Notes under the pieces: generated by a model
What the model saw: the letters and a program-made list of their open reading frames with translations, nothing else
Told to the model about the DNA's origin: nothing
Database searches by the model: none
Made by a program: the position numbers and the translations under genes
Part shown: positions 29,600 to 39,597 of the stretch, piece after piece
How positions within the stretch are numbered: the first letter of the stretch is position 1
Layout of the letters: each line of letters begins with the position of its first letter
Origin: Promethearchaeota archaeon
Lineage (GTDB): Archaea; Asgardarchaeota; Lokiarchaeia; Sigyniarchaeales; SOKP01
Length of the DNA: 47,139 bases
Direction: 5' to 3'
Assembly (NCBI GenBank): GCA_016839745.1
Contig: JAEOTS010000075.1
Coordinates: 1 to 47,139 of the forward strand

Positions 29600-31039
29600 A
29601 TGACACTTAAAATTTTAATATATATGAATGAAGAAAGCTCTTCTAGCGCTAAAAATGATTTAAAGGAATTAATCCGTAGTACCAATGATAAGTTTATTGA
29701 AGAAGATTTGATTAATTTTTTGAAAATTCCAAGCTATACTACAAATAAAGAATCAGTTTTAGAAGCTAAAGAATTCATTACATCTTACATTTCTAATTTT
29801 TGCAAAAAAGTTATAGAAATCGAAGGGGAAATGAACCCATTACTGCTAGCCGAAGTTGATGGAGATGTCAAAGATAGGATATTAGTCTACATGATGTACG
29901 ATACTCAACCTGTAAATAATGAGAAAGATTGGATAGGGTATCCTTTCGGAGCAGAAATCACGGATTTACCGAAGCCACTAGATAAATTAGACAAAGTCAT
30001 AATTGCTAGGGGAGCATACAATTCAAAAACTCCTTTACTATGCTTCTTAAATGTGGTGAAACTTTTAAAAGAGGAAGACCAGCTTCCCATATCATTATTG
30101 TTTTTAATAGATGGGGAAGAAGAACTAGGTTCACCTACTCTATCAAAAACTTTTAAAATTAAAAAGCATATGCTTAATTCGTGCATTGATGCATATTTCC
30201 CTTCAATAAAACAAGATTTAAACGGAATTTCGGTTCTAAAGCTTGGTTATAAAGGCATTTTATCTTTAAATATTAAAGCTTCATCATCCAATGCCGAATC
30301 TCACTCTTCGTTCAGTTCGATGATACCTAATCCTGCTCAAGATTTGATATTCGTTCTTAATGGAATTTATTCTGAAAATAAGTTTAAAATTAAATCATTA
30401 AGCACTCCTTACAATATGACAAAAAGGGAGAAAGAAATTATGAAGGATTTAATGAAAAGCATTGATTTAGAAATAATAAAAGAAAAAGCGGGAATTAGGC
30501 AAACTCTCATTGATGATCCTAAGCAAAATTTTACTGATTATTTGTTTAATCCAACTTTCAATATCTCTACTTTAAAATCTGGTTTTCTGGAAAATGGAGT
30601 AAAAAATATGGTAGCTAACAAAGCTGAGTGTAATATTGACATTAGATTTGCTCACGATATATCAGCAAATTTAATATTGGACGAAATTAAACAGAAAGTT
30701 AAAGAACTAACGAGAAATTTAAAATCCAGCTTTGAAATTATTCAAAACATGGGCTACGACCGATCAAAAGTTAGAGAAGATACAATTTTAGTAAAAAGTC
30801 TTGTAGATAGTTTTAAAGAACTGGGATTTTCTACCCAAATTTGGCCGATTAGCGCAGCAGCAGCTCCATTAAGTCAAATCCAAAGCCAATTGGGACTTAA
30901 CTTTATAGTTGGCGGATTAGGTATTGGAGGTTATGCGCACGCACCAAACGAATTCGTTCAAGTAAATTCGATTCAAAATACGAGACTTTCAAATTATCTC
31001 TTTCTAAAAAATTACAGTGATCTATATAGTGAGGTATAA
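29600..31039 (+). CDS. M20/M25/M40 metallohydrolase (dipeptidase/deacylase-like)
   Basis: YMMYDTQP, ARGAYNSK, DGEEELGS, LGYKG, AHAPNE. Confidence 0.85.
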   Translation: MTLKILIYMNEESSSSAKNDLKELIRSTNDKFIEEDLINFLKIPSYTTNKESVLEAKEFITSYISNFCKKVIEIEGEMNPLLLAEVDGDVKDRILVYMMYDTQPVNNEKDWIGYPFGAEITDLPKPLDKLDKVIIARGAYNSKTPLLCFLNVVKLLKEEDQLPISLLFLIDGEEELGSPTLSKTFKIKKHMLNSCIDAYFPSIKQDLNGISVLKLGYKGILSLNIKASSSNAESHSSFSSMIPNPAQDLIFVLNGIYSENKFKIKSLSTPYNMTKREKEIMKDLMKSIDLEIIKEKAGIRQTLIDDPKQNFTDYLFNPTFNISTLKSGFLENGVKNMVANKAECNIDIRFAHDISANLILDEIKQKVKELTRNLKSSFEIIQNMGYDRSKVREDTILVKSLVDSFKELGFSTQIWPISAAAAPLSQIQSQLGLNFIVGGLGIGGYAHAPNEFVQVNSIQNTRLSNYLFLKNYSDLYSEV

Positions 31040-31064
31040 TTTAGTACGAATGAAAAAATCCACC

Positions 31065-31090
31065 AAATCCTCGTAATTGAGGTTTTTTTA
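31065..31090 (+). terminator. Hairpin plus U-tract downstream of the M20 gene
   Basis: AAATCCTC-GTAATT-GAGGTTTTTTT. Confidence 0.4.
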
Positions 31091-31228
31091 CACTTTTGGA
31101 AGAATCATTAATATGTCTTTTGGAAACCATTAATCTTTTAATTAGAAACTTTTATTATAGATATAATTATACTTTTAAAATACTTTAATCACATAATCAG
31201 ATGGTAAATCGATTTCAGATATAAAGAA

Positions 31229-31801
31229 ATGAAAAATAATAACGACCAGAACCCCAAAGACGAGACAGAACTCGATGCAATGTTTAAAATCTGTTTTTTT
31301 GGGGATGGAGGCGTTGGAAAAACAACACTGATTGGAAGATACATCACGGGAATATTTAAATCTAATCAATCACTCACTATCGGAGTCGATTTCCATGTTA
31401 AAAAGATAAAAGTTAACGATAAATTAGTTTCACTACAAATTTGGGATTTTGCTGGAGAAAGTCGCTTCAGATTTCTTTTACCAAGTTATGTTATTGGTGC
31501 GTCTGGAGGAATTTTTATGTATGACATGACGCGATTTTCTAGCTTGAAAAATTTCCCTGAGTGGATCGAAATTTTCAAAAAAGGCTTTGTTGGGGCTCCA
31601 GATAAACAACTACCAGTAATAATGGTTGGAAGCAAGCTAGATTTAAGTTATAAGCGAGCAGTTTCAAGCAAAGAAGCATTCGATCTTGCAAAAGAACAAA
31701 ATCTATATGGGTATATCGAATGTTCATCTAAGGATGGGAGAAATATAGAAGATGTATTCACTGAAATTGCAAAATTAATGTTAACTAGAGCTGGACTTTA
31801 A
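31229..31801 (+). CDS. Rab-like small GTPase
   Basis: GDGGVGKT, TIGVDF, LQIWDFAGE, RFR, SKLD, ECSSK. Confidence 0.93.
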   Translation: MKNNNDQNPKDETELDAMFKICFFGDGGVGKTTLIGRYITGIFKSNQSLTIGVDFHVKKIKVNDKLVSLQIWDFAGESRFRFLLPSYVIGASGGIFMYDMTRFSSLKNFPEWIEIFKKGFVGAPDKQLPVIMVGSKLDLSYKRAVSSKEAFDLAKEQNLYGYIECSSKDGRNIEDVFTEIAKLMLTRAGL

Positions 31802-31805
31802 ACAC

Positions 31806-32651
31806 TTATCTTACAAATATATTTTCTAATGAATTAATAATTAGATCTGGATTCAAATCTTTATCAATATCTGGAAAACGAATAAATTCTTCTCGAGTTT
31901 TCATAACATCAGATTTCTTTGTGACTCCCGTTAATACAAGAACCGTATAAATTTTAGCCCGATTCCCTGCTAAAATATCAGTATTTAATCGATCTCCAAA
32001 AATTACAGCTTTATTGGGGGGCGTATCAGTATCTTTTAGTATTGCAATAATCCCAAACGGATTGGGTTTACCAAAAATCTTTACTGGTTTCTGGTTAGTA
32101 CAGGTTTGAACTGCATTTACCATTACTCCTGCTCCAGGTAATAAACCACCGGCAACGGGTAATGTGCTATCTACATTAGTAGCGTAAAACTGTGCATTTC
32201 CTTGTAAAATACAGTTTTGAGCGAACATTAGTTTTTCATAGTTAAAGTTGCTGTCCAAACCAACTATCACAAAATCAACTTTACTACAATCAGTATCTAC
32301 ATTGACAATTGTATGCCCTCTCATTTCTAATTCTTCCATTAATCCGATTTCACCAATGACGAATATCGTTGCACTTTTCTTTAAATTAGTAATTTCTCCT
32401 GCTGCAATTGATGCGCTAGTATAAAAATCAGATATTTCACTTTTAATGTTAAAATTTCTCAATCGATCAACGTACATTTGTCTGGTAGCTGTAGAATTGT
32501 TGGAATTGTATACAATTTTAACAGAATTTTCTTTTAAATCTTTAATCACATTATCACTGTTATGGATTAAGGAATTACCTCTGTATATAACTCCATCTAA
32601 GTCGAAAATCGCTAATTTTATATCTTTAAGTTCGTTAATTAATTCCCGCAT
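31806..32651 (-). CDS. HAD-IIA (NagD-like) phosphatase
   Basis: FDLDGVIY, SNNS, ATNVD, PGAG, GKP, GDRLNTDI. Confidence 0.92.
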   Translation of the reverse strand: MRELINELKDIKLAIFDLDGVIYRGNSLIHNSDNVIKDLKENSVKIVYNSNNSTATRQMYVDRLRNFNIKSEISDFYTSASIAAGEITNLKKSATIFVIGEIGLMEELEMRGHTIVNVDTDCSKVDFVIVGLDSNFNYEKLMFAQNCILQGNAQFYATNVDSTLPVAGGLLPGAGVMVNAVQTCTNQKPVKIFGKPNPFGIIAILKDTDTPPNKAVIFGDRLNTDILAGNRAKIYTVLVLTGVTKKSDVMKTREEFIRFPDIDKDLNPDLIINSLENIFVR

Positions 32652-32693
32652 CGTAATTTATGCATCTAAATTGTAAAATAATGTTTTAATTTT

Positions 32694-33860
32694 CTAAAAC
32701 CAACCTATCGGTAATCCCAATAGAATTACCATCAGTTGGATACCAATTGGTATGAATATTGGATTTAATATATTATCTGCGGTAACTGATGGTAAATAAT
32801 CCGTAAGAAAGAAAATAAGAGCGCCCATTATAGCATAAATTGGTCCTACAAATACGAGACCAATAATATATGCAACTGATACACCAGCGATAAACCCTTC
32901 AATAGATTTTACTTCTTTATTTCTAAGAATTACCTTGCGCTTTCCAAATCTTCTCCCAATCAATGCAGCAGACGCGTCTGCGAGACATGCTATGAGGATT
33001 CCCGCAAAAAAAACGCGAACATCGGGGATGATATTTGCCATAAAAAGCATGTAAGAGAAAATAAATCCCGTTATAATATAGATTTGTGGTCCTGCAGCGT
33101 TTTTTTCCTTTTCTCTTAACATAGATTTTGTTAAAAAATTGAAAAAAGAATACTCTGGACCCCAAACTATGCGAATTATGTCAGATATAATTACGAATAC
33201 TAAAGTTGCAATTAAGGCAAACATAGTAATTTCTACAACGGCTTGAAAATCCTCCAATCCAAAAGGATAATTAGATAAATTACCCCATATAAAGTTATAT
33301 GAAGGTTCAATCTGTTGGAGCGCTATTATAAGAGTATCATTTACCAGAGAAGCAATGGGAGGTATCGTAAAAAATCCTGCGTAAGCAATTAATACCAAGA
33401 ATCCTGATAAGTGAAAACTTTTTCTAATTATTTCCATTTTAAATGGAATTTCTTCCCTATAGGGATTTTCTTTAGTCATTCGCCTAATATACCGTCTTAA
33501 AACTGATTTTTCTCTCGCATTTTCTTCTCTCATAGTTCCATTTTTCACTTCTCTCTTCATTTTTTTAATGTCCATTCTAATAATTGTCGTAAAAATGAGA
33601 TTAAGAATAAGTATCATACCGATCCACCACACTAAAAATCCCATCCACGGATATGTGAAAAAACCAATAACAGAGTTGTAATATCCAAAAATTAGGAAGC
33701 TTATCCCGCATAAAATTGAAGAGATACCTCCATACCTATTTTTTGCTCTATACCCCTTGACGCCAATATAATACATCAAACTCATTAAAACAAAAAAGCA
33801 CAAAGATAAAGTTGTGTTGTATAGACTTTCTACAAAGACCCAGTATTCCATAATAAGCAC
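32694..33860 (-). CDS. CTP-dependent dolichol/phytol/diacylglycerol kinase-family membrane protein with extra N-terminal TM domain
   Basis: EIIRKSFHL, REKE, LADASAALIGRRFGK, KSIEG, DNIL. Confidence 0.82.
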   Translation of the reverse strand: MLIMEYWVFVESLYNTTLSLCFFVLMSLMYYIGVKGYRAKNRYGGISSILCGISFLIFGYYNSVIGFFTYPWMGFLVWWIGMILILNLIFTTIIRMDIKKMKREVKNGTMREENAREKSVLRRYIRRMTKENPYREEIPFKMEIIRKSFHLSGFLVLIAYAGFFTIPPIASLVNDTLIIALQQIEPSYNFIWGNLSNYPFGLEDFQAVVEITMFALIATLVFVIISDIIRIVWGPEYSFFNFLTKSMLREKEKNAAGPQIYIITGFIFSYMLFMANIIPDVRVFFAGILIACLADASAALIGRRFGKRKVILRNKEVKSIEGFIAGVSVAYIIGLVFVGPIYAIMGALIFFLTDYLPSVTADNILNPIFIPIGIQLMVILLGLPIGWF

Positions 33861-34161
33861 TTTAACTCGTATAGTTATTTATATTTATAATTAATCATCA
33901 ATTAATTATTCTTTTATTTGCTCCCATAATTAAGATGTATTTCAACTAATCCTGTAGCCAGATTTAAAACTTTATCCACATATTATACACTTTAATAAAG
34001 ATATAATAAACAAGATTTTTATAATATAACGAATAAAAAAAAATAAATAAATAGTACCAATCTATTTAAATTATAAGTGAAAATATATCTTAATTGTCTT
34101 CTATTAAATTATATTTATCTAATAAAAATAGTTAATTACTGCGAAGGAGAAAATATCAGTA

Positions 34162-34527
34162 ATGGAGTCAGTCGAAACCTTAGATGACCTTTTGAAAAAA
34201 TTACTCGGAGCAATTCCAGAAGTGAAATCTGCTGCTATCGTGTCTGCTGAAGGACTTCCTATTGCATCTGCGCTTCCGCAAGGTGTCGATGAAACTAGAA
34301 TCGCAGCAATGACTGCCGCTTTACTCTCCTTATCCGAAAGGGCAATTATAGAGATGGGAAAAGGGGATTTCGACCAGTTATATATAAAGGGGAGCGAAGG
34401 CTACCTTTTAGTTATGCAAGCTGGCCCTAACGCGGTTTTGACAGTATCTACTACGAAAGATGTTAGACTCGGGTTAATTCTGTTAGATTGCAGAAGAACA
34501 TGCGAAAAAATAGCGCAATTGATCTAA
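34162..34527 (+). CDS. Roadblock/LC7 (MglB-like) protein
   Basis: AAIVSAEGLPIAS, RIAAMTAALL, IKG..GY, LGLI; AAGGAG upstream. Confidence 0.93.
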   Translation: MESVETLDDLLKKLLGAIPEVKSAAIVSAEGLPIASALPQGVDETRIAAMTAALLSLSERAIIEMGKGDFDQLYIKGSEGYLLVMQAGPNAVLTVSTTKDVRLGLILLDCRRTCEKIAQLI

Positions 34528-34669
34528 TTTCACTAATTATATCCAAAATCCTATAAGTTTAATGCGTTATTTGTTAAAAACCACAAATTATTAATTTTAT
34601 GCTTAATTTTGTGTATCAATACTTACTATTATCATCGATAGTATTAATAAAAATAACCGGTGTATTGAA

Positions 34670-35272
34670 ATCTTTAAAATATTCTCTCTTTCGACTAAAG
34701 TTGAGATTCCACCATTCTTATTCTCTCAACCCAAAACCGTCAGTGCTCGAATTATTCTTAGCGAAGAATATGAAGGAATAATTACAAGGGATTATGGTTT
34801 CATTGTTGCTATAGTTGATGTACTTGATGTAGGTCCAGGGATCATTATTCCCGGAAATGCCAATACGTTTCATCAAGTTGAATTCACCGTTCTATCCTTC
34901 AAACCAAATCTCGGAGAGGTAGTGGAGGGGGATATTGTTGAGTTAGTAGATTTTGGAGCTTTCTGCCGACTAGGACCGTTGGATGGTTTGGTGCATGTCT
35001 CCCAAATTTGCGATGATTATATCTCATACGAACAAGTCGGTAATCGCTTTATTGGCAAAGAAACTGGGAAAATACTTGAAGTGAATAATGAGGTAAGGGC
35101 TAAAGTGATAGCAGTTTCATTAGGCACTGGACGGAGCGGTAAGTTAGGGTTATCAATGCGTCAAAAATTTTTAGGTAAATATGAATGGATTGAAGCTGAT
35201 GTCGAGGAAGAATACGCTAGTAAAGAAGCGAAAAAATCTAAGGCGACAGATGAAGAAGAGATTGAGGAATAA
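34670..35272 (+). CDS. rpo7: DNA-directed RNA polymerase subunit Rpo7 (E'); probable non-canonical ATC (or ATT 34664) start
   Basis: Frame of ORF 34922..35272 stays open upstream and reads (I)FKIFSLSTKVEIPP...EEYEGII...GPGIIIPG...EVVEG, then the S1 domain DFGAF..LGPLDGLVHVSQI; GGTG at 34659-34662. Confidence 0.88.
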   Translation: MFKIFSLSTKVEIPPFLFSQPKTVSARIILSEEYEGIITRDYGFIVAIVDVLDVGPGIIIPGNANTFHQVEFTVLSFKPNLGEVVEGDIVELVDFGAFCRLGPLDGLVHVSQICDDYISYEQVGNRFIGKETGKILEVNNEVRAKVIAVSLGTGRSGKLGLSMRQKFLGKYEWIEADVEEEYASKEAKKSKATDEEEIEE

Positions 35273-35298
35273 ATTTAATTATTTGGTGAAAATTATCA

Positions 35299-35493
35299 TT
35301 GAAAAAAATCGAAAAAGCTTGTAAAAATTGTCATATAATAACAAAGAGTCAAACTGTTTGTCCAAAATGTAAAACTCATAGTCTTAGTGATGATTATACT
35401 GGCGAAGTTATAATAATTGATCCAAAAAACTCAGAAATGGCGAATTATTTAAAAATTCATTTTCCAGGAAAGTATGCTCTAAGAGTGCGCTAA
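35299..35493 (+). CDS. spt4: Transcription elongation factor Spt4 (RpoE'')
   Basis: ACKNC...CPKC, IIDP..SE.A, PGKYALRVR; follows rpo7. Confidence 0.95.
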   Translation: MKKIEKACKNCHIITKSQTVCPKCKTHSLSDDYTGEVIIIDPKNSEMANYLKIHFPGKYALRVR

Positions 35494-35527
35494 TCTGAAG
35501 GAAGTTTGTGAAGATATAGCATAATTT

Positions 35528-36109
35528 TCATTTCATCATTTCTACAAATCTTTTTACTGCTTTTTGTATACCTTTTTCGACATCCACCATAACGATACCT
35601 TCAGGAATTGTTTTCTTTGAGTCCGTTATTGGGGGTTGACCATAAAACACTAAATTTTTTGTTTTTTCGCTGAGAGGTATGCTTAGGACTAATGGTAAAA
35701 CGAGTAAGTCTTCTTCACCTTCTATTATTTTGAGGAGAGTTCTTTTATCAGCGCTCACAATATTGTTTAAAAGAGTAAAACTCTCTTTCTGAATTCCTCC
35801 CTGAGGATTTTCAAATTCAATAATATCTTCGAAAAAATCTTCAGTTTCTATCTTAATTTGATTTCTTTGAGTTTTTTCGTCAATGATGCAGAGTTTAATA
35901 AAATCTTTTAGAAAGTTATTTGCTAAGAAGTCTTGAGTTACAATATCTCCTACTAAATAAACTCTAATAGAAAATTTGGCTTCCATTAAAGTCTTTACTG
36001 CCTTTTCAACTTCACTTATAGTTTCTTTTCGAGTTCCAGAATATAATTTCCCAAGAGGTTGAGAGAATTTATGTCTCTCATCTTCAGGAATTTTTAAATT
36101 ATCATCCAT
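35528..36109 (-). CDS. GTP-dependent dephospho-CoA kinase (DUF359)
   Basis: PLG, VGDIVT, IIDEKTQR, NPQG.I, GEEDLLVLP, YGQP, EGIV. Confidence 0.92.
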   Translation of the reverse strand: MDDNLKIPEDERHKFSQPLGKLYSGTRKETISEVEKAVKTLMEAKFSIRVYLVGDIVTQDFLANNFLKDFIKLCIIDEKTQRNQIKIETEDFFEDIIEFENPQGGIQKESFTLLNNIVSADKRTLLKIIEGEEDLLVLPLVLSIPLSEKTKNLVFYGQPPITDSKKTIPEGIVMVDVEKGIQKAVKRFVEMMK

Positions 36110-36115
36110 CTTATA

Positions 36116-36331
36116 TCAATCCATTATCCTTTTTTTTGCTTTATAATAAAGAATAACCGTTAGAATAAACAGGATTACCCATATAAAAATGCTTGCAATA
36201 TACAATATCAAATACATTCCTACTACAATATTTTCTAAAACTACGAAGATAATAAATGTGAAAGCAATTAACACTATTTCAATAATCATCATAATTCTTG
36301 CTTTCAGAATATAATTTTTAAAATCAGACAT
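36116..36331 (-). CDS. Small two-TM membrane protein
   Basis: Two hydrophobic segments, basic C-terminus, 6 nt upstream of the DUF359 gene. Confidence 0.55.
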   Translation of the reverse strand: MSDFKNYILKARIMMIIEIVLIAFTFIIFVVLENIVVGMYLILYIASIFIWVILFILTVILYYKAKKRIMD

Positions 36332-36448
36332 TTTTTCCTATTAAAAAAACCAAAATTTTATTTTTCACTGTTCTTTAATCTTTTATAACTCAGAATTATC
36401 TTTAAATTAACTGATTGACTGAGAAAAATCGTTGTAAAAAGGTTCGAT

Positions 36449-36805
36449 ATGTCGTTTACTATTGAAATTTTGGAAGAAAAGAAAAACCCAATAATCGATC
36501 GAATGGAAATAAAATTTAGAATCGATCATTTTAACGCAAGCACGCCAAATAGGTTAGAAGTAAAGAAGAAAATTGCAGCAATAAAGAATGCTAACGAAAA
36601 ATTTACTATCATTCGCAACATTCAAACTCATTTTGGGGGTGCTTACGATGTAGGTTTAGCAAATATTTACGAGGAGGCTAAAGAGCTTCAATTCTACGAG
36701 CCTTTTCACATTCAAGTAAGGAACTTACCCAAAGATACACGATCAGAAGTTTACAAACTAAAAAAAAGAAAAGAACCTTATGGGCACTTATTTGATTACG
36801 AGTAA
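36449..36805 (+). CDS. rps24e: 30S ribosomal protein eS24
   Basis: NPIIDRMEI, STPNR, THFG, ANIY; conserved synteny. Confidence 0.93.
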   Translation: MSFTIEILEEKKNPIIDRMEIKFRIDHFNASTPNRLEVKKKIAAIKNANEKFTIIRNIQTHFGGAYDVGLANIYEEAKELQFYEPFHIQVRNLPKDTRSEVYKLKKRKEPYGHLFDYE

Positions 36806-36840
36806 ATAAGTATAATAATTAATAAAAAAAATGAAAATCA

Positions 36841-37062
36841 ATGACCGACGCATCTAAATATTATAAGATTGAAGATGGAAAATTAGAAAGAACCCATAGA
36901 GCATGTCCTAAGTGTGGACCCTCGTTTTTTCTCGCTGATCACTATGATAGATCATCATGCGGGAAATGTGGATATACAGTATTTAAGAGAAAAGGTAAAA
37001 AGGGAGCTGCCACAGTTGCCCGAAGTAGAAGGACACCTCGAAAGCGTACGAAATCAGCATAG
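36841..37062 (+). CDS. rps27ae: 30S ribosomal protein eS31 (S27ae)
   Basis: YYKI, CPKCGP..FLA.H.DR..CGKCGYT. Confidence 0.95.
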   Translation: MTDASKYYKIEDGKLERTHRACPKCGPSFFLADHYDRSSCGKCGYTVFKRKGKKGAATVARSRRTPRKRTKSA

Positions 37063-37137
37063 ATTTAATAAACCATCTCACTCTTTTTCACCGTTTTCTT
37101 TTAACTCAACATGTTAACAATGCTATATGCATTTTAG

Positions 37138-38169
37138 GTGAAATTTATGAGTTTAAAAAACAAACTTGCCCTTGGTATAGAATCCACGGCACATACATGG
37201 AGTGTAGGTATCATTGATTTTAGTGGGAATGTAATAAGCCTAGTAAACGATATGTTTATCCCAGAAAAGGGAGGACTCCATCCTGTATTAGTGAGAGAAC
37301 AACACCTCAACAATTTTATGAGCGTAATAAATAGGGCTTTATCAGAAGCTTCAATTTCAATTAGAGATATTGATTTGATTGCGTTCAGTAAAAGTCCCGG
37401 TTTAGGTCCCATATTAAAAATTGGTGCTCAAGTTTCGAGATTGCTAAGTCAATTATTAGAGATTCCCATAGTAGCTGTTAATCACTGTATTGCTCACATA
37501 GAAATCGGGAGACTAATGTGCGAAATTGAAGACCCGCTCACTTTATATGTGTCAGGGGGAAATACGATAATTAGTGCGTACGAGTCTGGACGGTATCAAA
37601 TTTTCGGAGAAACGCTAGACATCCCTATTGGTAATTTAATTGATTCATTTGCGCGAGATGTTGGAATCCCTCATCCTGGGGGGCCAAAAATAGAAAAACT
37701 AGCTCTTGATTCAACCAAATATTTATCCTTGCCGTATATTGTGAAGGGTATGGATTTATCATTTTCGGGTCTCTATACAGCAACTAAAAGGTTAGTAGAA
37801 TCTAAAGATTATGGGAAAAAATATGATTTGAGCGATGTGGCTAATTCACTACAGGAAACTGCTTTTGCTATGCTCACTGAAGTTACAGAGAGAGCTTTAG
37901 CTCACACGGGTAAAAAGGAGGTATTATTAACGGGAGGCGTAGCTGCTAATAAAAAATTACAGGAAATGATCAAATACATTAGTAAAGAACATGATGCTAG
38001 GTTTGAGGCCGTTCCCTTAAAATACGCAGGAGATAATGGCGCAATGATTGGATGGACTGGAATATTAAGATATGAGGCTACAGGTGGGAATATCATATCA
38101 GATACAAAAATTAAGCCCAAAGAAAGAATGGATCAAATAACTATTCCTTGGAGAAATACGGGTGTTTGA
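37138..38169 (+). CDS. kae1: KEOPS t6A synthase Kae1
   Basis: GIESTAHT, PGLGP, NHCIAHIE, VSGGNT, GETLD, GGVAAN, DNGAMI. Confidence 0.97.
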   Translation: MKFMSLKNKLALGIESTAHTWSVGIIDFSGNVISLVNDMFIPEKGGLHPVLVREQHLNNFMSVINRALSEASISIRDIDLIAFSKSPGLGPILKIGAQVSRLLSQLLEIPIVAVNHCIAHIEIGRLMCEIEDPLTLYVSGGNTIISAYESGRYQIFGETLDIPIGNLIDSFARDVGIPHPGGPKIEKLALDSTKYLSLPYIVKGMDLSFSGLYTATKRLVESKDYGKKYDLSDVANSLQETAFAMLTEVTERALAHTGKKEVLLTGGVAANKKLQEMIKYISKEHDARFEAVPLKYAGDNGAMIGWTGILRYEATGGNIISDTKIKPKERMDQITIPWRNTGV

Positions 38170-38848
38170 AATAGTGACTAATGAAATTGTTATGGAAAAA
38201 ATTATTCATAAAGGAGCTGAAGCCAGCCTTATTTACGGTCATTGGTTTGGAAAAGAAGTTATATTTAAGCACCGCATCCCCAAAGGATATCGTACAGAAC
38301 AAATTGATAAAAAGCTAAGGGTTAATAGAACTCTTAATGAAGCTAAAGCTTTGATTAGAGTTAAAAATTATGGTGTAAAGGTTCCTCAAGTTTATGAAAT
38401 TGATACTAAAAACTCAATGATCGTAATGAAGTATATTAAAGGCAAAAAGTTAAAGGAAGCTTTAAACTCAATAGTCAACGAGAAAAAGGTGCTATATTTA
38501 AAAGAAGTCGGCAAGAATATTGCTATCTTACATAAAAATGGGCATGTTCACGGGGATATCACTACAAGCAATGTTATCATAACAGAAACTCAAGATATTT
38601 TCATTATTGATTTTGGTCTTCACGATTATTCTGATTATATCGAAGATAAAAGTACTGATTTGCATTTGTTTAAAAGAGTATTAATATCATCCCATGGTAA
38701 TGATTTTACTATATGTTTTGAAGCCTTTTTAGAAGGATATCGAGAAGGATATGGACCAGAAAAGATAAAGGAGTGTAAGGAAATTATAAAAAATATTACA
38801 TTAATCGAAACAAGGGGTCGCTATGTTAAAAAAGAAGATAGACTATAA
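38162..38848 (+). CDS. bud32: KEOPS kinase Bud32
   Basis: KGAEA, K.RIPKGYR, HGDITTSN, IDFGL, RGRY; start may be ATG 38192. Confidence 0.95.
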   Translation: MFEIVTNEIVMEKIIHKGAEASLIYGHWFGKEVIFKHRIPKGYRTEQIDKKLRVNRTLNEAKALIRVKNYGVKVPQVYEIDTKNSMIVMKYIKGKKLKEALNSIVNEKKVLYLKEVGKNIAILHKNGHVHGDITTSNVIITETQDIFIIDFGLHDYSDYIEDKSTDLHLFKRVLISSHGNDFTICFEAFLEGYREGYGPEKIKECKEIIKNITLIETRGRYVKKEDRL

Positions 38849-39102
38849 AGTAAAATTTTTTCAATTGACCTTAAATTTATAACATTAATTGTTCATTTCA
38901 CTGATAAAAACATCAAAATTATTTACATCTGACTTAGAACTCTTTAAATACTTCTATAATCAGAGAGATAATTTTATATACAAGTTTAACTTATAATTTA
39001 TTATCTAAAAGTTGGATTTAGTTAAGGGTTAAACATATTAGATCGGTTGTACTATTACTTGATCCATCTTTCTGAACCTATATTTGAAAATTAATAATTT
39101 TA

Positions 39103-39315
39103 GTGAAATTTAAATTGTCGAATCCTAAAAAAGAGAAGAAACCAGCAATGCAAAATATTACTATTAACATTCCTGATATATATGATGTAAACATTCAAAA
39201 ACTCATCAAAATGAAAGTTGTTCCTAGTCGTTCAGAGGCAATTAGAACCGCTCTAAGAGAATTTTTTCACAGTGAATATGAAAATTTGCAATTATTAGGA
39301 TTTTTTGACGAGTAG
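39103..39315 (+). CDS. Ribbon-helix-helix (CopG/Arc/MetJ) protein
   Basis: MQNITINIP...IQKLI...PSRSEAIRTALR. Confidence 0.85.
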   Translation: MKFKLSNPKKEKKPAMQNITINIPDIYDVNIQKLIKMKVVPSRSEAIRTALREFFHSEYENLQLLGFFDE

Positions 39316-39337
39316 AACCAAAAAAGAATTAAAATTA

Positions 39338-39574
39338 TTATCTTCGTTTTCGAATTTTTCTTGCTTCTCTTTCTACTTCTCTTAAGATAACAATATCATT
39401 AACTTGTATGGGACCCTTAACATTTCTTGTTAAAATTCGGTTTCTATCCGGGCCTTCAAGGATTCTCACTTTAATTTGACTAATCTCACCTGTTAAACCA
39501 GTTCTACCAACGATCTGAATTACTTCAGCAGGAATTGAATAATCCTGTGAGTCTTTCCCTTTTGATTTATCCAT
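39338..39574 (-). CDS. rps28e: 30S ribosomal protein eS28
   Basis: [20 protein letters not shown]...DI..LRE.EREA. Confidence 0.96.
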   Translation of the reverse strand: MDKSKGKDSQDYSIPAEVIQIVGRTGLTGEISQIKVRILEGPDRNRILTRNVKGPIQVNDIVILREVEREARKIRKRR

Positions 39575-39597
39575 TTTTGCTAAGATTTTTCACCGTA

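Noticed and set aside
34599-34781. 60-aa ORF upstream of the annotated rpo7 fragment
   Set aside because: Out-of-frame shadow of the true rpo7 N-terminus
38162-38169. Frameshifted Kae1-Bud32 fusion
   Set aside because: Both proteins are complete; short overlap is ordinary translational coupling and split genes are common
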